Shown piece by piece: positions 1-27,817 of a stretch of DNA of 64,000 nt; the first letter of the stretch is position 1; the number at the start of each line of letters is the position of its first letter. A program made the translations under genes and the position numbers. This DNA is from Tubulanus polymorphus (lineage: Eukaryota; Animalia; Nemertea), in NCBI RefSeq assembly GCF_964204645.1, contig NC_134025.1:1860001-1924000 (forward strand), written 5' to 3'. The notes under the pieces are model-generated. The model made no database searches and was not told the DNA's origin. It saw only the letters and a program-made list of their open reading frames with translations.

Positions 1-3000
1 CCTCAACTTCTTCTCCAGCTAAACTCTATAAAATATGAATAAATAACGATGATCTCACATATCTACGCGGTAAATCATTTAAGCTTTGGGAATGAAACGT
101 ACTTGTAAACCACCCTCGAATTGAACTCCTTGATAGAATCTGATAGTAGGGTAGTATCTAACTGCGGCTTTACGACAAAAATGTGGATATTGATCACAGT
201 CTATTTTTCCGCAGTTTACTTGACCTTCTAATTCCTAAAATACAAATAAAAGAAATAAATTTGATTCAGAATATATATGATGTAATCCTCTGAAAAGGTT
301 CCTCAAGCTAATATCATATTCGACCGGATAAAACCACGAGTTTTTATCACTTCTGATCACTTAAAATTCTTTGTTCTGGATTGAATGTATATTTCAGAAT
401 TTTGTTTTTAACTTTAGTATTCACATAAGAATGTCGTACAAATCGTTGATTAAGATATCAGTTCAAGGAAATTTTGTGGTTTTCTTTCGTAACATGGGAT
501 TTATATCTATTAAGTTTATTACGTCTTTCATCGAGTCATGATCAGCAATGTCAACCACTGAACAGCTTACCTGTGCAATTCTCTCAAACTCCGGCGCAAA
601 CATTTGACAATGTCCGCACCACGGAGCGTATAAATCGACCAACCAAGGTATTCTACTTTTTAATACTTTTTCGTCAAAATTATGCGCATTCAGTACATGA
701 ACTTTACTGGGTAAAAACTCATAAACCCACGATCTTATCGAATTCGAATCACGGAACCAATTCTGGTAATCACTGAAATATAAATAGTATAATATCATTC
801 AAATTCTTTTTTCTGCTATGACGAACCAAAAACATTGGATGAGTGAGACCTGTGTCAAATTATTCTATATGAATGTTATCTGGTTCAGGACACACCTCAC
901 TTACCACAGCATCATTTTGATAGCATTTTAGTATTAAATAAGTGATTAACGGGTGAACGCGCGCTCTATTTAGGCATGGGCCAAATTTTACTCGGGTCAG
1001 ATCATGTCCAGTTTGACCCAGCCCAAATCATCTGTGTGACTACTTACTAATATCTATTGGAATCAGTGCTGCCTTGTGGATAGAGACGGATAGTAGGATA
1101 TGATCTAACATTATTAGCTCGACAAAGTGAAGTGTATTTCTGACAATCGACTTGTCCTATCTTAACAGTCTTCGATTCTTTGAACATCTGCAATAAGAAA
1201 TACTCATTTATTGCAACCTGCCAATCGAAAAACAATGTCCTTATAACAGGAATAAAACAGACCTTAGCCAGTCTCCTCCATTCGGGTGCTAACTGCATGC
1301 ATGGTCCACACCACGGAGCAAAGAAGTCAATAACCCAAATATCATTACTGTCTTTATCACCGATTAGTTCCTCAAATGTATCCTCATTGAGGATTGTCAT
1401 AGGAGGATGAAGTGTATCCTGAAATACAAATAAACTTTGGTCTAGTAAAAATCGGTAAAATCCTCACAAAGCGAATATAATTAGGATTGAATGTCTGACC
1501 TGTATAAAGTCTAGAATACGTTCAGCACTTGGTTTCCCGGAATATTTATGCGCAATTGTCTGATTATACAGTAATGTAGTAGGATATGAACGCACATTGT
1601 ACTGCAACAAACAACATCAAATACAATCAATACATTCATAGATTTTTTTGCAAGAAGGGTTTGAAGAAATACATCTGAAAAGATGCAATTTCTGAGAAGA
1701 TGCCTGTCAAATTTGCAGTTTTAATGATTTCTAGGCAGGGGTATAAACGTGAAAGTCCCCCCTAGATACACCTTGGTGTGTGATCTCTGATAAACTACTT
1801 ACATCTCGACAGAGATTCTGATGCACCGTACAATCAACTGTTCCAAACATTACCGTCTTTTCTTCGTTCATTTTAGCAGCTTTACGATATTCAGGTAGTA
1901 ACCGCATACACGGAGGACACCACTGTAAATTTTTAATTCGATTAATACACAAGCAAACCGGGGCAAGATGCTCAATCGGTCCCATAGACAGGTGACTGTC
2001 TAATTCAAACGAAGAAAAATCAACAATATGAAGTGCCGGTAAAACTAATTTAGGAATTCGAGGATGTTTCAGCTCAAATGCTATGAACAATTTTCAAAAA
2101 CAGATTTTTTTCCCTAGAGCACTTGTAACAATGGCTCATAATATCCAAAACTGGTGGACAAACACTACGGTTATAGTTAAATTTCAATTGGTACTATGGC
2201 ATTTATCCGCCGGTTAGCTGTAACCAATTTTTGAGCAACTGGTCCCATAATTATGTATAGGATTCACGTACCGGAGCAAAGAAATCGACGACCCAAGTCT
2301 CTTCACTATGAATGACTCTCCGTGGGAAATCAACAGGTCCGAGAACGACGACTGGTGTGTTAGCGCTGTCTCTAGCGAATGCAGCGATATCATGAGCAGT
2401 CATACGACCTGCAACAATGGTATAATAATGATTAACATTTCGCTGAATTGAAGAATCACTCATTAGGAACTCTACAGATCACTCATTCCTTGATATTTAC
2501 TGTACAACTATAAACTAGACAAAACATCAAATTGCCTATTTCTGAAAACTGAAGGGGTATTGGGCATCTTGTACAAATCAGAGGAGTTTCAAGCATTGTT
2601 TAGAATGAGATTTCAAGGAATTGATGAGTTGTAGGGATCCTGTTCGTCGTAGCCTTTCGTTGTTTATTAGACTTACCGTGATGTATCTCATAACCTCCTC
2701 CGTGTTTAAAAACGGCAAACGTCGGGAATTTATGAACGTGTAACTCATTACAGGTAGCTCTAGCGCGTGAACAATCAATACGACCAACGTTTAAATCATT
2801 TTGTAACATCGCTGGCAATTTGCGTAATTCTACATCACGCGATTCTCCATCTACAAAATGTATACACCACGATTTGCCGAGTTTGTTCTTCAAACTCAAT
2901 CTCGCTTTCTGAAATATATTAAAAACAACTGATTTTGTAGAAATGATTAAGTTACGCGTGTTATGAATGGAATTTTGATTGTATCGATTCTTTGTTCTAC

Positions 3001-5396
3001 CTTAAATTCGGCGTCATTTAATGTTTTAACATCTGGTAATTGTTCGAATACGGCGAATGCAACTTCTTTTGGAATCAGAGACGTGATTTCCTGCAAAAGC
3101 AGAGACAATTCTTAGATGCAAATTTCGTTGATCTAATTAACCAAAAGATCAATTATCTACCTGTCCATGACCCTTCTTCACATTATTACGTTGATAGAAA
3201 TATGTTCCGTGTTCCCGGCCTAATTTATCACACAGAACTTCCTGGTTATTACAGTCAATTGATCCAACATTCACTAAATCTTCCTATAAAACATAATTCA
3301 AGTATTTACTACAAAAAATAATTCATCATATCGTCACGAATTGCTACGTTTCTTTCAACTTACGAGCATTGCGGCTAATTTAAGTAAAGAATTCTTTGAA
3401 AGACAGTCTGAAAATGAAAGGATCCTATTCTAAACTTGTCGAATAAAACGCTTTAATCTGTATCAACTGTAGATTAATGAAACAATCCGAAGACTGATGA
3501 TGATGGCTGTTAGTGAACAGAAAAAACAATGAGTTCACAACATTTTATTCCACCTGAAATCTCAAATTCCATTGCGCAATTTTTTATCTAAAAAAATTCT
3601 AAAATATCTCCCATGTTTTTACAATCAACAGGTAATCAATATTACCTCCGGTATCTGAACAGTACGTGATAAGCCATGGTTTATCTTTCTTATCTTCTTC
3701 GTTCATATTCTTGCCAAAATTACCGGCCCAAAATTCGGTCACTTGCGCGTTGATATTTCTCAAAACGAATTCCAAAAGAGCGTCTTTATCACGTTTACCC
3801 TTGTACTTCTCTCCCTGGAAAACAACGTGCCATTTTTAATGAGAAATTTCTAATAGGATGAACACATATACAATATAGAGATTTGACCGACTTGTGCGCG
3901 GCTAGTTTCTAATTGAATTACCTACCTTCGGATAGAGCATTAATGACGGGTAACCATGGATACCGTTTGTTTGACATATACGCCAATCATCTTCACAATT
4001 GACAGCTCCGATTCGTACAACGCCTTCGAGTTCTTTAGCTAATTCTCTCCACTAGATTAAAAATAATAAGTCAGACGTCTGGAGACAGATTCACGCATCG
4101 TTTTTATGAATTAGCTCGTATTCCCGATGAATCTTACCGTTGAGGCCAAATGATGGCAATGGGAACAAAAAGGTGAATAGAAGTTCACGAACCATATATC
4201 ATCTGTACCCTCAACTGATTGTTCTAAAAAAACATCATATAAAATCTTATTAATCATTTTTATTGCTCAAAGTCATCAGTTTTTTATTGGTACAATGTAG
4301 TAAAATCTAACAAGTTCTGATAAAAACATAAAGCTATCTTCAATGGTTTTAAGGTCATGCGATAGCCCAGTTATTTGTAGAACATGTCAACAGTCAAGTT
4401 GTGCCAAGGTCAAGTAGTTTTAATCAATAAACACTTCTTACCGAAATCAGATGAGCTTAGCGTGATAATTTCCTTATCTTCATCATATATACCTGAAAGT
4501 ATAAACCTTATTGAATATAGACTTATAGGCTTATCATGCTGTAGAGAAAGATTGAGTTTTGGCTTTTTTCCCGCTAGTTTGCTGTGCTTTAGTTTGGAAC
4601 AGTTTGATACTGTAAACTAGTTTGTATCACATCCTATTGCTTAATTGTCTCTTTATGCTGAAATGACAGAAACTTCTAAATGCGGCATTGAAAAGAGAAC
4701 CAGATGATTTGTCTTCTGGAAGAGCACAACTAAAAAGGATCCTAGTACAGAAATGTATATTATCATCACAACATGGACAGAGTTATTGCCTCAATGGTCT
4801 AATTGTGACACATACCAAAATCTTGTTGGTAAAAATTCCAGCTTCGATATTGATTTGTCGGATGATCATCTTTCAAACCTTCCTCGCCGTAAGCGTCATA
4901 CTTTTTACGAAGTTCTGCATCTTTTAAGACCTCGTAAGCGCGATTAATCTTCAGAAACTTATCGTGAGCGGTCGGGTCATTCTATAACGAGTATAAATCA
5001 ACCATTTTAGAGCTACATAGTGACAAAATAATTTGGTTTAATGAAATGATTCCATGAAGCTAGTAGTTTATTCAATTTTTGACTACATCTTAATAAGTCC
5101 TCTTCAAGAATACTGGCTATTTTCTTAAAGTTTAAAAGACGAAATAAACTATTTACTCAAGGAAATTTTATTGTAACAACAGCGTTTTATCAGTGGTTAC
5201 AATTTTTGGTTGATTTTTCAAATGAATGAATTCGACTTACAGGATTTTTATCGGGATGCATTTTGACGGCAAGTTTTTTGAAAGCTCGTCTGATATCGCG
5301 ATTATCCGCATCACGAGCAACGTTTAATAAATCATAGAAATCATCGCCGGCCACCGCCGCAATCACTAGAACCGTTATTATCAAATACAACTTCAT
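1..5396 (-). CDS. DNAJC10: DnaJ homolog subfamily C member 10 (ERdj5), ER J-domain/thioredoxin disulfide reductase; multi-exon, C-terminus beyond the left edge
   Basis: Signal peptide MKLYLIITVLVIAAVAG, J domain with HPD (MHPDKNP), and four thioredoxin active sites CSHC, CPPC, CGPC, CGHC. In-frame GT-AG exons in transcription order (given low-high): 5241-5396, 4816-4981, 4442-4492, 4138-4223, 3926-4051, 3646-3814, 3364-3407, 3161-3283, 3001-3090, 2677-2908, 2272-2408, 1803-1922, 1500-1601, 1263-1418, 1048-1187, 571-772, 103-234, <1-25. Confidence 0.96.
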
Positions 5397-5532
5397 TCTA
5401 CTGCGTGTTACTGACCACTCATAACTATAAATACAGAAACAATGGATTACGGTAACTCAAAACTGGAAACAGTTAATATTCACACTTAAAAGGGACCAGT
5501 TACAGTCAATGTTTAGATACAAGATTGGTCTA

Positions 5533-5665
5533 GGCCATGGTTCCATAGTCAAGACGTAAAGTCTAAAGGTTGTCGTGAATCTTTTAAGACTGGTCTCAAA
5601 TTGTTAGATTATCTAGAGAAATAACATCAAACGTCTCAAGTCTTTAAGCAATGACTATGGCTGAC
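5533..5665. mobile_element. Degenerate short MITE-like repeat (CCATAGTC...GACTATGG family)
   Basis: Inverted termini ccatagtc/gactatgg. The internal ttaagactggtctcaa motif recurs at about 20127-20220 and 20846-21043. Confidence 0.45.
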
Positions 5666-6459
5666 CACTTTAGGGCTTTAAAGTCAAGACTGAAACTGGG
5701 TTCACAGTTATACAATTGTGCGTTCAGATTTGACTCTCAAAGAGTTAAATACTTATAAATGAACTGATCTTGATGAAATGATACTTAATCATGTAAGTTG
5801 TAAGTAAAATTTTACCGAGAACAATGGAACTAGGTCCTGAGCCAACCGATCACCTCTAGATCTCTCAATCCATACTAAACCCAGTGTTAACTTTATATTA
5901 TCCTGAACACATTATCTATATACGATTCATCAGTGAACAAAATGTAAAAATCAATAAAATCTGTGGATATCTGATGAAAATATGAAGTTATTCCATGATG
6001 AGATTCTAAGGATCATCATTGCATACACTACAGTGTAGAGGTGCATACACTAGAGTGTAGAGGAGAGAGTTTAAACAAATATAACATATTGATTGAATAA
6101 TTGATTCGATTTCATTAAAGCCTACAGATAAAGTGATCCAGTGTCATTGCCAGAGGAGGTATAATCTAAACAAACGCATATGATAAAAAGAGACAATTGA
6201 TAAATAGAATGTCCTTCTTAGCCTGATTCTAAAAAAAAACTGAAATTCCAAAAAGTGGAGTGGAGTGAAGCTGAGCAGGGGATGAAACGAAATGTGTCAA
6301 TTTAGCTTGCCTTAGACCTACAGTACCAACATGTATATATAAATCAAATTGATAGCACTACAAAACATCAAATATGCATTTAATTAAGAACTTTTGTTTA
6401 AACACGCATTTAATTGACACTGAGTAAACACACTCGAATTGAACTGTCAAATAAAACAC

Positions 6460-6910
6460 TTCCTGGATTTCCAGGAAACAGGAAGTGTCTACGTTATCTC
6501 AAGTTTTACGTCAAAAATCAGCGGATTTCTCAATAATTCGTGGGTTAAAAAAGACGATTGTGTCACAGTTCTCTTACCTAAATCATTCTACTGATAAACA
6601 CATAGAGAAATATTACTAAGACATCAGTAATCGCCAACATTACACGTGGATATCCATACATTCGACGTGGACTTACGCATGCTCATTCCGAGAACCGGTC
6701 TCTAGTAATATCTCGGGATCTCGTGGATTCTCTAGTTATCACGCGAGATGTCTCGAGATTTTCAGACATGTGACTATAAGACGGCGGATGATTGGTTGAT
6801 TGATAAGAGTGTGGTAAACATTAATGGCGCTGTTGCAACTCAGGATTGTTTAGCGCGATGTATGTTGTATGTTTTGATGTATTGAACTGGTGTTTATAGC
6901 GTGTAAGTCT
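6460..6910. promoter_or_regulatory. Putative bidirectional promoter and first non-coding exons shared by DNAJC10 (-) and SLC4 (+)
   Basis: Minus-strand donors (CTTAC near 6573 and 6672) and a plus-strand GTAAGT at 6903 face outward. Motifs: ETS CAGGAAGTG 6479-6487, CACGTGG 6643, GACGTGG 6664, TCTCGCGAGA-like TCACGCGAGA 6739 and TCTCGAGA 6751, ATTGG 6791. Locally CpG-rich. Confidence 0.55.
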
Positions 6911-7786
6911 CTATGAGTTTTACTCGTATTTATAGTTCTGAATCTCCTCATTCTAAAAATACCCATAAATTAACTGCAAAACTGTTGTTAATACTAGAAA
7001 TAAGCGATTAAAGTTGGCACGTGCTGTGGGCGTTGTTTTGACAACTCTCCGCCGCCGCCACTCTGCCGTTCGATGGAGAAGCGGATAATCTAATCCTGCT
7101 CCGCTGAATCGTGTCTGGTTTTAAATTTATGCAAGTCATCTCGTCTTGTAAATAGTTTTTAAGTCGAAATGAATCTGTCTCGTGTTTGATTCAGTTTTAA
7201 GAATAGTCATGAGTTCTGAATCGACGATGATGATATTGAAAACACCACGTCAGTCACATGACTGTTTACTTTCGATTTTTGACCTACATTTTTAAGCTGA
7301 CATGTAAGTCAACTAAGGTTGAGCATCAGTTCTTATGTCATCTTTCCCGCTTACTACATCCTCCTCACTCAACAGGTTAAATAACAAACCTGATGTCATA
7401 GCCTAAATAGCATGTCCGAATAAATCCAGTCCAGACAGATCCAGACAGCGCGGTCGGTAGGCCGCCGTATTTCGCAAATACCATTGGCCGGACTTCATCA
7501 GTGCCAAAAATTCAAAGCTTTTCTTCACAGGCATTTTCAACTGAATCCTCAAGTTTGAAAAGCTGGTAGGCCTAGTTTTCATAATACATCAAATATTTCC
7601 TGCACCGCTTCATGAGTCTCTGTCTTGAAATGACATCTCATCGGGAACCATATTTGCGCCTTTTTCGAGATGAAATGTTATTATGCAAAATGACTTCTAT
7701 GAAAGGTTCTCATCAGCCTCTAACTAACTGCAGAGATAGGTGGGGGAGGTTGGGATGAGATAAAGATTATATAATGATATAAGGGT

Positions 7787-8125
7787 CATCCTCCCCCAGC
7801 AGGGATTCGAACCTGATGGCATCGAGATTGCCACGGCACGAAACCCTGCCATAATCGACCGTGTGCGCAGATACATGCGCAGTTCAGATGATGTGATTTT
7901 TAGCCAATCAGAAATCCCGTTTTATTTTAGCCCAGGTTTTCCCATTTATAGTTCTTCCTTGAAATTTGCCTCAACGATTATACAACAAGCAATCTGATTG
8001 GTGCCGCCAGTTTTCGTTCGGAAAGCTGCGCATGTACCTGCGCACCCGGTCTACTGTGGCAGGGGTTCGTGCCGTGGCTGAGTGTAGCGATGCCATCAGG
8101 TTCGAGTCCCTGCAGAGGGAGGATG
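7787..8125 (+). mobile_element. 339-bp non-autonomous TIR element (MITE), copy 1, with tRNA-box-like termini
   Basis: Ends CATCCTCCC...GGGAGGATG with long imperfect inverted arms. Flanks tataagggt/tataagtgt match at 8 of 9. A closely similar reverse-complement copy lies at 15112-15449. Confidence 0.88.
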
Positions 8126-8724
8126 TATAAGTGTTAGCCTATAGGTTTCTATGCATTGGGACATGTTTCATTTCACGGAATAATTTTCAGAATTATTTGA
8201 TAATTGTTTGTGTGACTAATCTATTTATACTGGTATTTACTGTGACGTATACAAAGCACGTTTCATTCTGGTGATTATTATTATTCCGTTCCAGTTAATG
8301 AACATAACGACCTCGAGTGCATGCGCTGGTTATCAATAACTAGAAGTCTAGTACTGACCTTTATCGCAAGTTCTCGGCAAAAATCAGGGCATTATTTCTT
8401 AATAAGACGTTGATTGAATAAAACGTTTGAATGTAGGGCTTATTAGGATATTTGTTACAGTCGGTCGGTCGGTCAGGAGCTGTTAGCATTTCATATTAGT
8501 TAAGGTAAAGGTTAAGTCTAGTTTCTAGTCAAGAGGCGGAACCTACAACTGTAAGAACGTCTGGTATTCAGACTGTTAGTTGGCAAAGATCCTGCTTTAG
8601 ATAGCTGGAACAATATTGGGAATTTCAATATCCTACAATGAGAGAAAGGGAGAAAGAATGACTTAATGTTTTTGAATAATTTATTTTCAGAAATGATAAT
8701 TTATTGAATACTGTATTGAACACA

Positions 8725-23602
<14,878 letters not shown>

Positions 23603-25856
23603 ATACAACCTTTCATATCTGTAAAACGTTTACAGGAGACAATTCATCGGATTAAATGAAGCAGTTATTGATCATTTCAACCAGATATTTTGGGCATTAC
23701 GGTACGCGTTGGAAGTATTACTTTTTTCTTGGAGCAGAAATTATTCAAACAAGGCTCAGAGCATTGGTTCAATAGAAGACTTTACCAGCCAGATTTTGTA
23801 TATATTTATATTTTTATGTATGTGAGGATGTTTGGATGAGGAATGGGGCACACGGCATAAACAATGATGATTTGTGGTTTTAATTGTGAATGATGATGTT
23901 AATATTTCAGTGAAAAGACTATGGGTTTGTTGTGCTCATCATTTGCTTGATAAAACATTCTATGCATTTCATTAGAAAATTTAACTCTTTAGTCATTGAA
24001 GAATCGGAGAATAGCATTTAAGAATTGAACTGAAAACATTCTTGCCATGTGTGTATAATAAGGAAAATACGCCTGATTGGCGCCATTGGTCCCCGATATT
24101 AAAACACTTGATAAAGCTATTCATATGTAATGCTGGCTAATTTGCTTATAGCGCCCTCTATTAAGGCCGAGGATAAACGAGCCTGTTTAGTTGCTGTTGT
24201 GTATGTGTATATATATATATATATATATATGCATATACACATGTAGATTGCGTGTTTAGTTTATGTAATAGATTTTAAACTTATCAAATAAGACATTAAA
24301 ACTTTGAAAAACAACTGTGCCATATTTCGATTGATAAAGATCAATGTTGATATCGATCAAGAGATTTTGTGTGAGTAATTCTGGTTGTTTCAATTAGTTC
24401 AGTTTACTTTAATCGACACATTTTCAGTCACTAAGATTTCGTTCATTTTCCTTATAATTTATGATATATATATATATATATAGGATAGTAAATCTGTGTG
24501 GCTTGATTCCCGCTCGCTGATTGGTGGTTTATATATATTCACCATACTCATCTGGTGCCAAACTTGTAACGTCTTTTTCACTGTAGTTAGAAAATCTCTG
24601 TGATAATTGTATAAGAAGAGTGATTATATCGAGGGGGGTGTATTACTATTATTAGGCTGGTTTTCATAAGTCATCTTTGTTATACCTGTTGAGAAACAAC
24701 AAAAGGAATACGAATACATTATGCGTGAGACACATGACAATAAAAACCAGCTAAACTCACATCGCTGGATATGTATCTATCTAGTCTGTGCGGCATTTCT
24801 TCAGTTTTTGAACGTAATAACTCTCATTTTTAGTATCGAAATCTACTATTTTAAACGCTCGTATTTTTACCGTAGAATTATAGATATTCGAATCGGCTAG
24901 CTTCGTATGAAAAATGAATTATTATTAACTGCCTAATATTAGTTGAATGTATAATTAATCATAATGTCAAAATGACTGCTGTCATGTGCTTCAATTATCA
25001 TTATTATTAAGTCTCCAGATGCTTGTTATGTAAATGCTAAATGATTTATTTTTTTCCGATGTAGAATATGTGTAAATTGTTGATCTTGTTGCCCCTTTGT
25101 ACATATGTTTATATTATTATTATTACTCTTATTTTTGATATGAACGGTTCTTGAAACCGATAGTAATTGATGATCCTTTTATTACGAAGTTAGATGTTTT
25201 GATATTTGTACATAATGTAAGAGATAGACAGAGAAGTGACATTCCTAGCTGTTTAGATGTGTCATTATCGTGGAAATCAAGTGAAATCAACCTCCCATAT
25301 TTCAATACATGTGTGTATTCAAAAGACTGGAATTAAAACAATAGAATTCGTATTCATCTTCCAGATACTGTGTATCTTTGAGGAGGATCAGTCAGTTCAG
25401 ATCTGGATTAATTTTACAGATGTGACACATACAGCCTTTGCCACTTACTAAAAACTTACTGATATTCAGTATTTGTAACAGTATTTCTTTATTGTATAGA
25501 CCAGAAATGTTTAGAGTATCTACTTAACAAGATATTGTAATTACCCTCAATTCAGCCATTTGTCAGTTAATATTTAGATAATGTATGATCTGAATTCAAA
25601 AACGAAGGCGAAATTAGCGTGAGCAGTACCTGGGTATGGTACCTTCTTTGTAATTGTAAAGAATTTATTTGATTTCTTGAAAATAAAAGAAAAAAAATAT
25701 CCTTAAATGTTGAAGTCTTTTTGCTATTTGCTTTTGTTCTACAAGGATCGAGGATTGAATACCCTGCGATAACGGCAGAGCAGTCTGCTGTGCTTACCCT
25801 GCTGATACCACCCTCCAATGCTGGTTATTTAGAAAATAATTAATTACTTTTAGAAG

Positions 25857-26240
25857 AAAAGGCGCTGGGTAATAAAGCCTGACTACACCGTGAGGTGCTG
25901 CCACTGTGCTCATCATCGTTAGCGGGGTTGGATTGAACCTGTAAACTGAGTGATACTCAATAAAGGCTTCTTCAAATACTAATAAAACGAAAGAGAAAAG
26001 TAATTCCAATCAACCAATTTATTTATTACACGGCAGTGCATAAAAGGCGCTGGGTAATAATGCCCGACTACACCGTGAGGTGCTGCCACTGTGCTCATCA
26101 TCGTTAGCGGGGTTGGATTGAAACTATCAACGATAACCTGCAAACTGAATGATACTCAATAAAGGCTTCTTCAAATACTAATAAAACGAAAGAGAAAAGT
26201 AATTCCAATCAACCAATTTATTTATTACACGGCAGTGCAT
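25857..26240 (+). repeat. Tandem duplication of a ~185-200 bp unit (2 copies)
   Basis: aaaaggcgctgggtaata...acacggcagtgcat occurs at 25857-26041 and 26042-26240; the second copy has a short insertion. Confidence 0.9.
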
Positions 26241-27683
26241 TTGTTCTTTTATACACAGTTTGTAAAATCATTCTACAGTTGTAAGACTTCCATCACTTTT
26301 AACATTATAATATATAACGTTCAAAATTTGTGCGTTTTGCGGTCAACTTTAAATGTTTTAAAGAACATTCTTGCCTTCCAACTTTCCTACCTAAAACAAA
26401 ACTGCTTGTTTGCAATATTGTTCAATCAAACTAATGCAGTACTGCCCTGCTTTACAACAGAAATGAGGGTTTACAAAAGATAGGCTACAACACTGCATTC
26501 ATTCACCATAACAAAGTTACCTCGATGTATTTTTAATGTCACAGACTATTGAACCAGAAGCATGAAGTAATGATATGAACAGTTGTGTTTCTAGTCGGAA
26601 ATACAGAAAATTGAGACATTTGGCCGAGAAAGCCTTATCTAAAATGCTTCAATGAGTTGAGCTGAAAGTAAGAGGAAAAACGAGTTTCGGCCTATAATAA
26701 ACTAGAGACAGTTGATATTAAACGAATAATTACTATCACTGAAAACAGCTCAACTGTAAGATAGACTTAAACAAGGGTCCGTACAACATCAAATACAGCG
26801 CCCTCTATCGAGTGAAATAATAAACTCACTATATGCAGTGAGGTCTTATGCGTTTGGTAAATATTTCCATCATTTTGTAGTTTGAAAGTCTAAACTGTTT
26901 TTTTCATTCTCTGAATTGAAGCGGACTTTAGTCTCTCTCATATTAACAAATAATATTTCTATTATATGATTATGCTGAATGATCTATTTTGTTGTTCTCA
27001 ATGATTGCAGTTATAGCACCACACCTATTGGTCTATTGAATGAACCCTAATTTATTCTATTTTGCTGCAACATTATCAGTTCACAAAAATACACTGTAAA
27101 GTTATTTATACCAAAAATATGAAATTACATGTATGTACCCCATCAATAAAACACATATTACAACTTCCATCATTTTAGCAATATAAAAATGTCAAAATGT
27201 GTTTTTACAATATTAATGTTTGCTGTACAGTAAATCTGAGGTGGAATGGTTAGTATATTGGACAACATCCTACTTAACCAATCCTTTGAGCTTATTTTGT
27301 GCATGGAGGCCCACACTTAGTGCAGACGAAGACTACTGGATAACAGTTAAATGTTTAGCCAATAATGTCAAATTGTATTTAAAAAAAACCCAACCAAGAT
27401 GCTTTGTACTGACTGGAAACCCACCAATATCACCAGTTATAAAACCGGTCTACATTCAAAAGTCAGTCAGTCACAATTTGACCATGGCTAAAATTGTCGT
27501 ATGAAACTGTACAAACAAGACTCAGCAGGGTAAAGGCTTTCTAGTGATGATTCCACTTTTAAAACACTTAATTACCAATGGGTATTTTCACTTCTACAAC
27601 ACATACAAACAATAATATTATACATCATCATAATCACCGAGTTTTGCAATTATCGAAACAACAACATACTAGCAAAAGAGCCA

Positions 27684-27817
<134 letters not shown>

